The notes beneath the pieces are model-generated. The model saw only the letters and a list, made by a program, of their open reading frames with translations. It was not told where the DNA came from and ran no database searches. From positions 86,926,001 to 86,990,000 of the forward strand of contig CM059432.1 of NCBI GenBank assembly GCA_030390025.1: 64,000 bases of DNA, read 5' to 3'. Source of the stretch: Squalus acanthias. Lineage: Eukaryota. Made by a program: the position numbers and the translations under genes. Positions 12,217 through 27,000 of this stretch are shown here, piece by piece; position 1 is the first letter of the stretch, and each line of letters opens with the position of its first letter.

Positions 12217-12972
12217 GGCCCAGAAATTAAACAGTGAGGGTTCCCGCGGGGGTAAGGATTCCCCGCGATATCGCACCTACCTTTTTGCTCCGGGCCCACA
12301 CGAACTTTAGTTTGAAAGGCTCTCTCTCTTGGAACCGTGCAGTGCTTGCGTGACCCAGAGACGCAATTAGTTCGTGCGAGCTCTGGGATCACGTGATTCA
12401 GTTAGAGCCAATGGCAGCACACCATCTTTCATTCATAGTTTTGACAGGAAGACCTGTCAAAGCTATGAATACTACACCCCCCCAAAAGAACAGCTAAACC
12501 TCAATTAAATTTAAAAAAAGCCATCACATTAATAAAATAAGTATAGTTAAATAAATTAACCACTTTAAACAAAAAATTAAATTTTTGAAAAAATTTAAAA
12601 TCTTTTTAAAAGTTATAAAAATAAACTTACCTTTCTTTAATGTCTCTAAAAAAGATAAACCTGTTGAAAATTTTTTAAAATAACACTTAATTAACTACTT
12701 ACCTTGTTAAAAGGGGGTCCTACGCCTGCTTTCTTTGTGTGTAAAATCTTCACCACTTACCTGCGCGTTCAAAGCTGAAAAAATAACTAAGTGCACTGCG
12801 TGCGCACAGCCTGTAGTGGGCACGCGGTTCACTTAGGAACCGCCCCCTTTTGAATTCACGAAGTGCCGGTTTCCCGCGCATGCGCAGTGCATGCAGGAAA
12901 CCGGCAATTCGGGATCTAATACGCGAGAGTACACAGTGCGTACTCTCGCGTATTAGGTTTAATTTTCGGGCC
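12217..12972. mobile_element. PIF/Harbinger-type MITE, copy 3 (opposite orientation to copy 2)
   Basis: TIRs ggcccagaaattaaac / gtttaattttcgggcc; TSD AAT. Confidence 0.85.
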
Positions 12973-13469
12973 AATGTCAAATTGTCAGGGAATTGCAGAG
13001 AGGGTAAACACTATACTCCCTTCGCAGCAACCTTGCTGGAAAATTAAATGCAAAAAAAATCTACTCGAAGCTCTGGATTGTAATGACACCATGCCTGTAA
13101 ATGACGCAATTCAGTTTCTCTGCCCTGGGGAAAGGACCTGCCTGTCGCTATTCAGATTATGAAGCATCACTGTTTAGTATGTCAAAGTTTAGTATTGAGC
13201 TATGCTTCCCATATGAGACAACAAAAGGATAGTGAAAAGGCAGCCTTGATCAGATTTTGTTTGGGGCGTTAGAGAGAGACGGGTTCTAGGTCGCTGGAGA
13301 GTGACAATTCCAGAGGAGAAGGGGGAAAAGCTGGAAAGGACTGAAATAAGTTAGTCCTTGGTCAGGTCTGGGTTCCGGCAGTAGGGAGGTACTACCTTTC
13401 AGGTAGTGGTTTAGGGAGCTGCGAATGCTGATGAGTGACGACAACACACACACATAATATATATATATT

Positions 13470-14211
13470 GGCCCAAAAATTCGTGAGGAAGCCTTCGTGC
13501 GAGGGTAAGGCCTCCCCGCGATCTCTCACTCCGCATTGGCTTTTTCAGTTCCAGCTCGCACGAACTTGATGTTCTGGACAGCTGCTGTGCTGGGCTTGCG
13601 TATCCCACCGGCGTAGTTAATTCGTGCGAGCTGTGGGATCACGTGACTCAGTTAGAGCCAATGGCAGCACACCATCTTCCATTCATAACTTTCACATAAG
13701 TGCTGTGAAAGTTATGAATACTATAGCCCCCCAAAAGAACCGCTAAACCTCAATTAAATTTAAAAAAAAAACCATCACATTAATAAAATAAGTAGTTAAA
13801 TAAATTAACCATTTTAAATAAAAAATTAAATTTTTGAAAAAATTTTAAATCTTTTAAAAAGTTATAAAAATAAACTTACCTGTCTTTAAAGTCTCTAAAA
13901 AAGATATACCTGTTAAAAAAAATTCAAAATAATACTTAATTCACTACTTACCTTGTTAAAAGTGGGTCTTACTCCTCCTTTTTTTATGTGTAGAATCTTC
14001 CGTACTTACCTGCGCGTTGAAACCACTAAGTGCACTGCGTGCGCGCAGCCTGTAGCGCGCACGCGGTTCACCTAGGACCCGCCCCCTTTTCCATTCACCA
14101 AGTGCCGGTTTTCAGCGCATGCGCAGTGCATGCAGAAAACCGGCAATTGGAGACAGAATACGCGAGAGTACGCAGTGCGTACTCTCGCGTAGCGGGACTA
14201 ATTTTTGGGTC
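13470..14211. mobile_element. PIF/Harbinger-type MITE, copy 4 (same orientation as copy 3)
   Basis: TIRs ggcccaaaaatt / aatttttgggtc; TSD ATT/ATA; closely similar to copy 3. Confidence 0.82.
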
Positions 14212-14222
14212 ATAATATATAT

Positions 14223-14328
14223 GAGAAGTCGCACAACACCAGGTTATAGTCCACAGTTTTATTTGAAATCACAAGCTTAAAGCATGTGTGACTTCTCACA
14301 TTTGTCCACCCCAGTATCTCCACATCAA
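14223..14328. mobile_element. Tiny Penelope terminal remnant with inverted end
   Basis: Same terminal sequence as 6205-6300; truncated at the AAGCTT of the hammerhead. Confidence 0.7.
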
Positions 14329-16811
14329 CATATATATATATCTCTACCACGTTATACCAACCTTTGCATATATGCAGTGGGGACTGTATCAGGTTATTTT
14401 CATATTTTTTTTAATACTGAATTCCAATTCTCAAACTGCTACAGCGAGATTTGAACTCACATTCTCCAGATCAGTGATCTAGTCCGCTGGGTTATTAGTC
14501 CAGTAACGTAACCACTGCACCACCGCATATAAAAGCAAATTCGTTCTTAAAAATCAGTTATGCCCACTCGAGTACTGCTGTGCATTTAGTAAAGACTGAC
14601 ATTTCCTGGCTTACACTTCCCTGGGTACCATGTCCGTCCTTCACATCAATTTCTAGGCAACCCAGAATGCATCTTTAAGTTACACAATCTGAGTTTCTCC
14701 CGGGAGTGAGAAAAGGTGTGCTGCTGGGATGGATGGATGGGATTATTGGAATTTTAGAAAGAAAATTAAAATAGCTTCAAGAATGTTTTTAACAACAGAA
14801 AATATAAATGAGTAAGGAGAGGCTGGAGATAAAACTGTGAACAAGAGAAGGGGTGACAGTTACAAAAGAGCTGGACTTCAGATGAGTGGAAATCCAAGTC
14901 AGTTTGGAAAGCAAGGAAAAAGTAGTAATTGAAACCGGATATAGGCTATTAGTGAAAACAAGGAAACTGAAATGGTCTTACAATGGAACTGCCACAGCAT
15001 CCACATGGTTAGTTTCGTTTTCATTCCACCCGACAAATTTGGGAAGTGACTTATCTACACTGGATTTTACAGCAACTAGAAGTCTGAAAAGAACAAACTG
15101 ATTTCTCAACATGGAGAGATGACACTGTTGAATGTGAGCAATGACAGCAACTTTAGAGGGCCCTATTTTATTGCTGCATCGCATTCCATGTTATGAGCAG
15201 CAACATATGAAGGAACAGCAGAGGAACCAGAAATTATTAAAACAAAGCACACAATACATAAGGTAAATGGAATTAACTGAAAAGAACTACACTTTGTAAG
15301 GTTCTGGAGCAGCCATGCATTTAAACAAACTTAGTGAATCAGTGCTTTGACTTTCTCCACAACACAAATATCACCCTTCTTTCACTCTGTTGCTACTACA
15401 TGCAAGCTATTTCAAACACAATGCAGTAAATAACACTCAGAAATCCATGACAATGTCAGTGAATTTATATGAAAACTTGTATTGAGAAAAGACCATTGGG
15501 CCCATCAAGCCTGTTCCTTCCATAACTCCTGCAAGACAACCTCAATTGTTGACTCTCTACCCACTCCACGTTCTTGAAGGCAAATCTAACAAGTATTGAA
15601 GTCTTAATTTCCTTTTTAAGTGGTGGGACTGCTGGAGTTTGGCAGCACAGAGGATTTTTTGTAGGGGGGGAACCAGAGGGTTGGCAGAAGGGAGCACGGA
15701 TGGGATGTGGCAGTTGGCTCATTGGAAAGGCCTCAAGTTTATCAGCAGGGAGAGGAAGGGGAAGAGCATGAGCTTGATAACATTGGATGGGACCAGCACT
15801 GGTTTGCAACTTTCAGAGATCTCAGCCAGCAGTAAAATCTGTACTTTACTTCTAGGGCCATCATAAGTTTGTCTCTCTCTCTCCAGACAGAACAGACAGT
15901 TTGAGACATTTTGGGTGTGTACCATTTATCAGGACTGAAGACGGTTCTGATGAAAGAGACACACCTGAAATGTCATTTTTTAAATATACAGATGCTGAGC
16001 GACCTGCTGTGTATTTCCAGCATTTACAGTTTTTCTTTTACTTCTAACCATCATCAAAACACAGGAGATAATTAGAGGCTTTGTTTGCTTTCAAAATGTA
16101 ATTTGTTTTAAAAATTGAAATGAGGTTGAGGAAAAACAATATGGCTTAGTCATCCAGCCCACCCCCACCCTTCTATTTGGATGCATCTCCAGGGAATGGG
16201 ACTTTTGCACACCATGGACACGCACCCTGACCCAGCTGACTTTCTGGGCTCTACCAGGAAGCCCGGTCATAAAAAGTGCAGAGTTCTGCCTTGGCAGGCC
16301 TGCTGCAGTTTGGCCAGGCCATGTGAGCACTTGCACAGGCCCCATCAGAATTTATTTCCTGCCCTTTCCACCAACCACTAAATGCTGGATACATGGGCCA
16401 AACAAGACAGCCTTTACATCCAGCAGCCAATCAGTGCATGTATTTCCCTCATTTGCATACTGTTTACATCCCCCTCCCCATGTGAATGAATGTATTCTGC
16501 ACTGACAGAACTGACCCTGTAAAATAGGATGGGTCGGGAGAGGGGGTGGCGGGTAATAGAAGGTACACACAGGCAGGAACACTAGAATACAACCTCCGAT
16601 CTTTGTGTTTCGCTCTCTGTCTCACAATGTTAGTAATTTGAATACTATATTTCCTATCCATTAACAAAACACAGGTGATAATTAGAAGCTTTGCTTGATA
16701 TAAACGTAACCTGTAGAAAAAATTCAAATTAGGAAGAGGAAATACATTGTTTTTCAGCTGAATGTTTTGAAGTTTATAAAGTATCTATCACATCAGTACT
16801 AATTTAATCAC

Positions 16812-17260
16812 GATGTGGAGATGCCGGCGTTGGACTGGGGTGGACAAAAATGAGAAGTCGCACAACACCAGGTTATAGTCCAACAGATTTATTTAATTTT
16901 ACAAGCTTTCGGAGCTGTTCGCTCCTTCCTCAGGTAGGTTAGCAGTGAGAGAATCTCCCAGAATTCACAATTTAAACACAGACAAAATCTATTCAAATCT
17001 TTCCCTACATCAAAGACACACTAAGAGCACAGCCAAGACAATGAGATGTCCTTGGACCCCCTGGGACACATCTCATTGTCTTGGCTGTGCTCTTAGTGTG
17101 TCTTTGATGTAGGGAAAGATTTGAATAGATTTTGTCTGTTTAAATTGTGAATTCTGGGAGATTCTCTCACTGCTAACCTACCTGAGGAAGGAGCGAACAG
17201 CTCTGAAAGCTTGTAAAATTAAATAAATCTGTTGGACTATAACCTGGTGTTGTGCGACTT
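16812..17260. mobile_element. Palindromic Penelope-like terminal-repeat insertion
   Basis: About 200-bp near-perfect inverted arms, flanking 13-bp direct repeat ctaatttaatcac (16799-16811, 17261-17273), and a hammerhead in each arm. Confidence 0.88.
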
Positions 17261-19740
17261 CTAATTTAATCACTGCAATGTTGTCATTTTCTCACAGACA
17301 CGTATATCTTAACCCAAATACAAACTACCTGAATAAACAGAGAAGCATTATCACTTATTTATCCAAATGCTAGATGCATCCTGCAAAATTGAGCAGACTG
17401 CATATGCTCAAGTTGCAGGACCTGCCTTCAGCTAACAAACTCACCACCATGGGCAAAAATATCAAGTCCATTCCACAGCTTTAGGGGAGGCTGAGGCCTT
17501 CAAGTAAAGACTTTAATGCAGGTACCATGATATGGTAAAATGTCATTGTTATTTGTTTAAAATCTTACTTCGGATATTAGAAATTTGAACCGAGAAAAAA
17601 TGGCAGCTGATTTTTTTTTAAATTGAGTGATTCAATTGGTTCATTAACAAACCATTACAACGGTATACATGGGGAAATGCTAATATAAAATGTTTACATA
17701 GGTAGCTTCAATGTTAATAAACACCAACAATCACAACAGGCAGTAAGGTTTGTGGACAGGAAGTGCACATATATGCAGATTTTTTAAAAATACAGATGTT
17801 AGAACTCAATGTTTAAATTAAACAATCTATTTACCTCTACCTTATCTACACCATTCATTATTTCAAAGGCTCTGGTCGTCATATCTTAGTCTCTGAACAG
17901 GTTTGAGCTTTGTTCATCACTTAGTCCCCGAAGGCTTGGAACCATCCTTCTCTGAACATTTTAATAGATTTATATCCTTTTTAAGGAAAGGCGACCAAAA
18001 CTGTACACCATACTCGAATCTGTTTCACTGACAAATTCAGCAGTCAAAAATAGTTGTTTCCTCTGCCGCTATTTATAAATTTCTTCTCATCACCGCAGCA
18101 AAACACACCAAAGCTGGCATGTAGGAGGTAGCAGAGGGTTTGGACTTTAAAACAAATGGTAGAGCTGTACTTAATAAAACACCAGGAACACTAAACCGAA
18201 ACACTGGTATCTGGACTTAAATGTTGGAGTGGAAGGTTCTGCAGGAACCCACGGTTGAAGTTGACTTGATGGTCGAATAACAATTTTTAAAACGCTGTAC
18301 CTGGTGGGCGAGGCGCCATGATACAAGAGAACTGCGCCCCATGGGGGGAAAGGGTAAACAACCCAACTAAAAATTTAGTTCCCAGCTGATGGCCGTCAAC
18401 CTGCAGGCAAAGGCTGACAGGTGATGGAAGGTTTTAAATATTTAGCAGCACATTTTGGAAAGGTCAGTTGATTGAAGCATAAACCTCAGATAGATGGAGT
18501 AGCACCAGAGATGGGAGATGGAACAATTAAGCTGAGAGGACCAGAGGTCAGATTGGAAGAATCAGCCAGAGGTTAGTATAAGTGGTAAGCTTGGCAATAA
18601 GTGATCTGTAATGTGACACAAGGTGTGCAACAGTAGTAGTGACACAAAGGGTGAAATGTACAGGTCATATGAAATGTACAGGAAAGGTGTGGTATACGCA
18701 AAACTTTTAATAAATGTTTGTACTGGTAAAAGTAAAAATGTACACACAAAAAGCCTTTGCAGCAGAACAGCTCTTTGAATTAAAATTCCCAGTATTTATT
18801 ATGTCATTGTGCAAATGTAGAACAGTGTTTAAATGGGAACAGCAGTTTGTTGTACCAGTTTAGTATGGAGGGAAAACTACGACACATGATGCTTTTAACA
18901 GGACTAACTAGTTTATTGGACAACACCGCAAGAATTGGAACTTTAAAACTAGCAGTTATAAAATTTGTCATTGAGATATGAGCCCAATTGAATCAGCTTA
19001 TCTTTAAACACACAGCCATCTGCATTCAAATTTGTCAGACATGAGATCTGAAAGGTTCAATATCCATTTTGTCTATTAAAAAAGTTTTTCCACATAGATT
19101 GTTTGCTGGGCAGGGCGGGGAAAGGGACTTTACAGGTTCCCCACTGAGAGCTACCACTGTAACTAGAGCAGCTTCAGTCTAGCCACATATGAATTCCTAT
19201 ATTCAGCCTGAATAACATCAAGTTTTGTATAAAAATATAAAAGTAAATAGTGCAATGCAAAGTATTTGGTAATAGTACATGAGATTATTAGTTTAAATCA
19301 GAGTAGACTGTTAATGACTAGATACCAAGTACTGAACATCTTAGAATCTAAACGATGATTTTTCTTCTGCTGAGAGCCTTTTAAAATAATTTGACACTTA
19401 TTCTTTCCTACCCTCCTCCATTCCCAGTTGAGGTGCGCCCAAAACTTTGCCAATGCTACTCTCGCAAGCATAAAAGCACTCCAGGGTGCTTTATCCACCT
19501 ATTGGCGCGACAATCTTGTGGTACTCTTCTAGTGTATACTTGGCACTTGAACAATCAGATGTGGGCATGAATCGACTGTAGTGGAATGGAGTGGTGCATC
19601 AATTGTAGTACTGAGAACTTTCACCATCAGCTGGAAGCATTCAATATGAAGTGAATTTTGGACAGCCTCAACCCAATTCTTAGTGGGCATGAGCTCATAG
19701 TTTGGTACTAATCTTGCCCAGAGAACTCACAAAAAGATAG

Positions 19741-20266
19741 CTTATCTGAGGAAGGATGTTCTTGCCATGGAGGGAGTGCAGCGAAGATTCACCAGACTGA
19801 TACCTGGGATGGCAGGGATGACGTATGAGGAGAGATTGGGTCGATTGGGCTTATATTCGCTGGAGTTTAGAAGAATGAGAGGGGATCTCATTGAAACCTA
19901 TAAAATTCTAACAGGACTAGACAGACTAGATGCATGTTCCCGATGGTGGGGGAGTCCAGAACCAGGGGTCACAGTCTAAAGCTAAGGGGTAAGCCATTTA
20001 GGACCGAGAGGAGAAGGAATTTCTTCACCCAGAGAGTGGTGAACCTGTGGAATTCTCTACCACAAAAGGCAGTTGAGGCCAATTCATTAAATATATTCAA
20101 GAAGGAGTTAGATATATTTCTTAAGACTAAAGGGATCAAGGGATATGGGGAGAAAGCAGGGACAGGGTACTGAATTTGGATGATCAGCCATGATCTCATT
20201 AAATGGCAGAGCAGGCTCGAGGGGCCGAATGGCCTACTCCTGCTCCTATCTTCTATGTTTCTATGT
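19741..20266 (+). mobile_element. CR1 LINE 3' fragment
   Basis: EGVQRRFTRLIPGM...RTRGHSLK...FFTQRVVNLWNSLP; ttctatgtttctatg tail. Confidence 0.92.
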
Positions 20267-21335
20267 AAAAGAAATAGAAAATTGACACTTGTGCAATAGA
20301 ATGTTTTTTCAGGTTAGAGCCACAAAGGAGGAGCTTTACTCTTCATTGTGTCTATTTATAGTTAAATTGAGTGCCTGATACAGATACTGGGAGTAAAATG
20401 TAGATGAGTTCCATTCCCTAGTACAGACATCCTACAACCTGAACACAAAAGTTCACCATAAGTACATAAATTTCAGAACTGTAAAATAAAGCAGATGCTC
20501 TACAGAAACTTCAAATATCGCAGAGATACGGTCCCCAGTAATGGATGGATACGCAAAGAGATCCCTCTGGCCCTCATCAGGTTTGAATTCTGCTTTTTGA
20601 AAGTTGTGTCAATGAAGCTTTTTTTTAAAAAAAATGAAACTAGGAAGGTATTCAGTAAACTTAATACTTACCTGTAGTCACACTCTCAACTAAAAAAGAT
20701 TTTTTGGGGCGGGGGGAAAAAATGTTATCTTGGCACATATATGGAGAAACTTGGATTTAAGAACTGTTTAGTTAATAGCAACTTCAGGTAGGGATAAAGG
20801 AATAGAAAAGGAAACCTATGACTTATTATTAAACTACTAGAAAAGTGAAATTTCAGTTTTGATAGAAGCTCCATGATGTGTGCAGAGCCAATGTAGTTAC
20901 ATACTAATACAATATGGCTACAGTACTTTTAAGACACTTTATTACTAGTCAATTCTATAGGGGTAGCGGATGGAAATTCAGCTGGGAACTGTATCAGCGC
21001 AGTAACAGTACATTACGGATATATAGAGTACAACAATTGTTAACTTTCCTCAATTTTCAAGAAAAATTAACAGCTGGAAACCATCAGCACACCAATATAG
21101 AACATTATGGGATAGGAGAAAATGTCTAATTTATGTAATGTACAAGCCAAAGGAACCCTATTATCTTTACTTAACTCTTGGGAAAAAAATACATCTCAGA
21201 CAAAAGAAAAAGATTTTGGTGCGAGTTATCAGACATATATGCAACACCATTTCAAAGTCACTTATTAATTGTGCAAGTAGTTAAATACAGAAGCTTAACG
21301 TCTTATTTTGGGTTATAAGTTACATTTTTTATTTT

Positions 21336-21632
<297 letters not shown>

Positions 21633-24087
21633 TTAAGTGGTTGTACAAAACTCCTATGCACTAAAAAAGGTATAAGTTTGCTTTTTTTTTTATAAATACA
21701 AAACTCTTCCAACTGTAGACACTGCCAGCCATGCCAGGAATCAGCAAATTAGGAGGTTATCACCAAGATACACACCACTACTGATGTCAAATGTATTATA
21801 ATTAAAAAGCAGGAGGTTAGCAATTACCAGTAACCATCCTTTTGTTCTTCTAACCATGCATCCTGCTCAGTTATCCTCCTCCAGCTGGAGGTGGGAGCAT
21901 GCTGCTGTATGTAGTGTGCTGCAGACCTCTCCAGGACTGAAAGAGTCAATGCAGGTTAACTTGGTTTTACTTTGACACAGCTACCCAGCAGCATTGGTTG
22001 AGAACTTAAACTCAGCCAAGACACAAACAAACATCCTGCTGTTTGAGACAATTCCTGAACCTTCAGTTGGAATTTGCAACCTGAAAGTAAAGGGGTACAG
22101 TTTTTCTTCTTCCTGACTAAAACCCAAATATTTTGTTGCTGAAGCAGCTATTTTAGTTGTCAGGAAGCTTTAATACATAATTTGCAATCCAAATCCAGCA
22201 TTTAGGTTTAACCTTACATAAAAATGACTGATAGACCTTCAAATTTAGGAGAATCAAGACCATGGTACTTGCCATGGATATAGTCAAAAAGGAAATGGCC
22301 AAATCCCAATCCCACAGGTCTGGCAACTGGGGATTAAAAGAAAATTGATACCTTCAGCCAACCAATGATAGTGACCAGGTTAGCAGATTGGAAACTAATG
22401 CACAAACTAAAAACTCTTTTGGACTACTACACTAATTAGCTTATAGTGAATTCTGTCAGTTGGCATATTATACATATCCATATGGAGAGTACTGGAATAT
22501 GAAGACAATAGCATGCTCTAATTTTTTTTCACAAACTATTTCAGAACATAAACCTGTTAAACCACACCCACTTCCTGTTCCTACTTCTCAACCAGCAAAT
22601 AGAAAGTGCAAATCAGAAATGGCTTGCTGGTTTTGGCCATTCATCTGCAATTTCAGTTGTTACTAGCTGATCTCCTATGGTGTGCTCACAGGTAGCATGA
22701 GGTTCAGAACAAACATAGCTGCTAAAAGGGAGCCGTGTTTAATCTGGCCTGTCCCTTTTAAGGCATTGTTCAGTTACTCCTTTGGGGAAGTCATCTAAAT
22801 AAGCTTTGCCTGGATGTCAATTAGAGGAAAGTTTCAAATAAAAAAACCCAGAAAATGCTAGAAATACAAGATATAAACCAAATTAATGTTTTGCCTATAT
22901 ACCCTTCATCAGAACTGAAAACATAGGGAAGTTTCTAGAGATTGGTAGTTGCTCCTGCCCCAGCAGAGAGCCCAGGTTATCAGGGAGAGAAAAATCAGCA
23001 GAAAGAAAAACACTTATAAAAACACTTCATATGATTGTTTTGAGGTGCAATTCTGACTAACCATAGGTACTGAAATTGCAAGCACAATCAGAGGAGATAG
23101 CAACATCTGTAATCATTGTATAGTGGTACCTCTGTTTTACAAAAAGAGCAACAGAACAGATGGGCAACCCATCATTTCTTTGTTTTGGTTCTTAGTTGTC
23201 TGAGGCAGTGGACCCTAAAACTCCAATTTAATCTCATGATTTAGGGAATAATGCAGTTCAGTCCAAATCATGGGGAAGGATGCCAATCAAGTAGATTTAT
23301 AAAGCTTTTGTAGACAATATTCGTTCTTCAATTTTAGAAACAAAAGCTTAAACATTCATGTGTGTCTTCGGATCATTTTTTTTGAAAGCAGTAAGCTTAC
23401 ATTTTAGCAGACAATAGTTTGTATGAAATATCCACTTCATTCCACAGAAACTTAAAAAAAAAGGGGGTTGGCAAAAACAAACTTATTTGTAATCCCAGTG
23501 AATAATTTTTTGATATTTATGTCATTATAGTAACGAGTTTACTTTCATGAAAGTTTTCTTCTGAAAAACTATATAGAACTCCACATGTATATTAAGGTTT
23601 AGCAGATGTTTATGTTTAAGCACAGAAGAGGGAAACAACCCCTATACATGAAATATTTCCAGTAAATGAAAGCATAGGGCTGTGAAGTATTGACAAAGAG
23701 GGTTAAGAGATTCAACAATATAGATAATCCCATGTAACTTTAAAGATGTCAATTTCCAGCTGTTACGCATCACTACTGCAGTGCTCAAGGATGGGTATGC
23801 TTGAACAGAGCACTCTTCGAACACTAATAATATACATTTCTAGGAAGCAGTTAATGTTGACAATTAATGCAGAAGCCTCTTAAATATTGTAATACTTTTG
23901 GAAGCCTATCTTGCAAATAAAGGTTTTTTTTCATAACAGGGGGAGGGGTGTCAAGAATCTGGGGAGAGGAGATTAGGGAAAAGTGGCATCCTATTCCATG
24001 AGGAGCCATGTTTGAGTTGGGGGGGGGGGGGGGGGAAGGAATTAGAGGTTTCAAATGTATAGAACCCTTGATCCAGCATTAAAAAAA

Positions 24088-27000
24088 ATTATGGGGACGT
24101 GGGCGTCGCTGGCAAGGCCAGCATTTATTGCCCATTGCTAATTGCCCTCGAGAAGGTGGTGGTGAGCCGCTGCCTTGAACCGCTGCAGTCCATGAGGTGA
24201 GGTTACTCCCACAGTGCCGTTCCAGGATTTTGACCCAGTGACGATGAAGGAACAGTGATATATTTCCAAGTCAGGATGGTGTGCGACTTGGATGGGAACT
24301 TGTAGGTGATGGTGTTCCCATGCGCCTGCAACCCTTGCCCTTCTAGGTGGTAGAGGTTGCGGGTTTGGGATGTGCTGTCGAGGATTCCATGGCAAGTTGT
24401 TGCAGTGCATCTTGTACATGGTACACGCTGCAGCCACGGTGTGCTGGTGGTGGAGGGAGTGAATGTTTAAAGTCGTGGATGGGGTGCCAGTCAAGCGGGC
24501 TGCTTCGGCCCGGATGGTGTCGAGCTTCTTGAGTGTTGTTGGAGCTGCACTCATCCAGACAAGTGGAGAGTATTCCATCACACTCCTGACTTGTGCCTTG
24601 TAGATGGTGCAAAGGCTTTGGGAAGTCAGGAGGGGAGTTACTCACCGCAGAATACCTAACATCTGACCTACTCTTGTTGCCACAGTGTGTGGCTGGTCCA
24701 GTTAAGTTTCTGGTCAATGGTGACCCCCAGGATGTTGATGGTGGGGGATTCGACGATGGTAATGTCACTGAATGTCAAGGGGAGGTGGCTAGACTCTCGC
24801 TTGTTGGAGATAGTGATTGCCCAGCACTTGTGTGTCCTGAATGTTATTTGCCACTCATCAGCCCAAGCCTGAACATAGCTCAGTTCTTGCCGCAGCAGCA
24901 TGGTTTGCTTCATTATCTGAGGAGTTGCGAATGGAATTGAACACTGTGCAATCATCAGCGAACATCCCACTCTGACCTTCTGTTGGAGGGACAGTCATTG
25001 ATGAAGCAGCTGAAGATGGTTGGGCTTAGGACACTGCCCTGAGGAACTCCTGCAGCGATGTCCTGGGGCTGAGATAATTGGCCTCCAACCACCACAACCA
25101 TCGTCCTTTGTGGTAGGTATGACTCAAGCCGGTGGAGAGGTTTCCCCGATTCCCACTGACTTCAATTTTACTAGGACTCCTTGATGCCACACCCAGTCAA
25201 TTGCTGCCTTGGGCAGTCATTCTCCCCATCCCTCTGGAATTCAGCGCTTTCGTCCATGTTTGGACCAAGGCTATAATGAGGTCTGGAGCAGAGTGCTCTT
25301 GGCAGAACCCAAACTGAGCATCGGTGAGCAGGTTATTGGTGAGCAAGTGCTATGTGAAAACAGCACCGTCAACAACCCCTTCCATCGCTTTGCTGATGAT
25401 TGAGAGAAGACTGATGGGGCGGTAATTGGCCGAATTGGATTTGTCCTGCTTTTTGTGGACAGGACATACCTGGGCAATTTTCCTTTGTCAGGTAGATGCC
25501 AGTGTTGTAACTGTACTGGAATGGCGTGGCTAGTTCTGGAGCACGTCTTCATTGTAGCCAGGATGTTGTCCAGGCCCACAGCCTTTGCTGTATCCATTGC
25601 GCTCAGCCATTTCTTGATATCACGTGGAGTGAATCAAATTGGCTGAAGACTGGTTTCTGTGATGGTGAGGACCTCAGGAGTAGGCAAAGATGGATCATCC
25701 ACTCAGCACTTCTGGCTGAAGATGGTTGCAAACGCTTCAGCCTTGCCTTTTGCACTTGTGCTGGGCTCCGCCATCATTGAGGATGGGGATGTTCATGGAG
25801 TTTCCTCCTCCTGTTAGTTGTTTAATTGTCCACCACCATTCACGACTGGATGTGCCAGGACTACAGAACGTTGACCTGATCCGTTGGTTGTGGTTCACTT
25901 AGCTGTCTATAGCATGCTGCTTCCGCTGTTTATCATGCAGCTTCACCGGGTTGGCACCTCATTTTTAGGTGCAACTGGTGCTGCTCCTGGCATGCTCTTC
26001 TACACGCCTCATTGAACCAGGGTTGGTCGCCTGGCTTGCTGGCAATGGTAGAGTGAGGGATATGCGGGGCCACGAGGTTTCATATTGTGGTGGAATACAA
26101 TTCTGCTGCCGCTGATGGCCCAGAATGCCTCATGGATGCCCAGTTTTGAGCTGTTAGATCTGTTCTGAATCCATCCCATTTAGCACGGTGGTAGTGCCAC
26201 ACAACACAACTGAGGGACTCTTCAGTGTGAAGACGGGACTTTGACTTCAGTAGTGATGCTATCAAGCCACACTTGGTGATGGACATTAAAGTTCCACACC
26301 CAGAGTACATTCTGTGCCCTTGTTACCCTCAGGGCTTCTTCAAATGGTGTTCAACATGGAGGAATACTGATTCATCAGCTGAGGGAGGGCGGTAGGTGGT
26401 AATCAGCAGGAGGGTTTCTCGCCCAGGTTTGACCTGAAGCCATGAGACTTCATGGTGTCCAGAGTCAATGTTGAGGACTCCCAGGGCCACTCCCTCCTGA
26501 CTGTATATCACCTGTGGTGGGTCGGTCCTGCCGGTGAGGCAGGGCATACCCAGGGATGGTGATGGAGGAGTCCGGGCCGTTGGCTGAAGGGTATGATTCT
26601 GAGTATGACTGTCGGGCTGTTTCTTAACTAGTCTGTGGGACAGCTCTTCTAATTTTGGCACAAGCCCACGGATGTTAGTGAGGAGGACTTTGCAGGATCG
26701 ACTGGGCTGTGTCTACCTTTGTCGTGTAAGAATCCGATGCCTCGGTCGATACCGGGTGGTCCGTCCGTTTTATTCTGATTATACTTTGTCGTAGTGGTTT
26801 GATACAACCGAGTGACTTGCTAGGTCATTTCAGAGGGCAGTTAAGAGTCAACCACATTGCTGTGGGTCTGGAGTCACATATAGGCCAGACCAGGTAAGGA
26901 CAGCAGATTTCCTTCCCTAAATGACATTAGTGAACAAGATGGGTTTTTACGACAATCCGGTAGTTTCATTATCACCATTACTGATACTAGCTTCCTTTTC

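Noticed and set aside
14700..15870. Possible exons (donor near 15263, acceptor near 15620) or UBE2W
   Set aside because: Frames are interrupted by stops and no recognisable protein or E2 motif is present.
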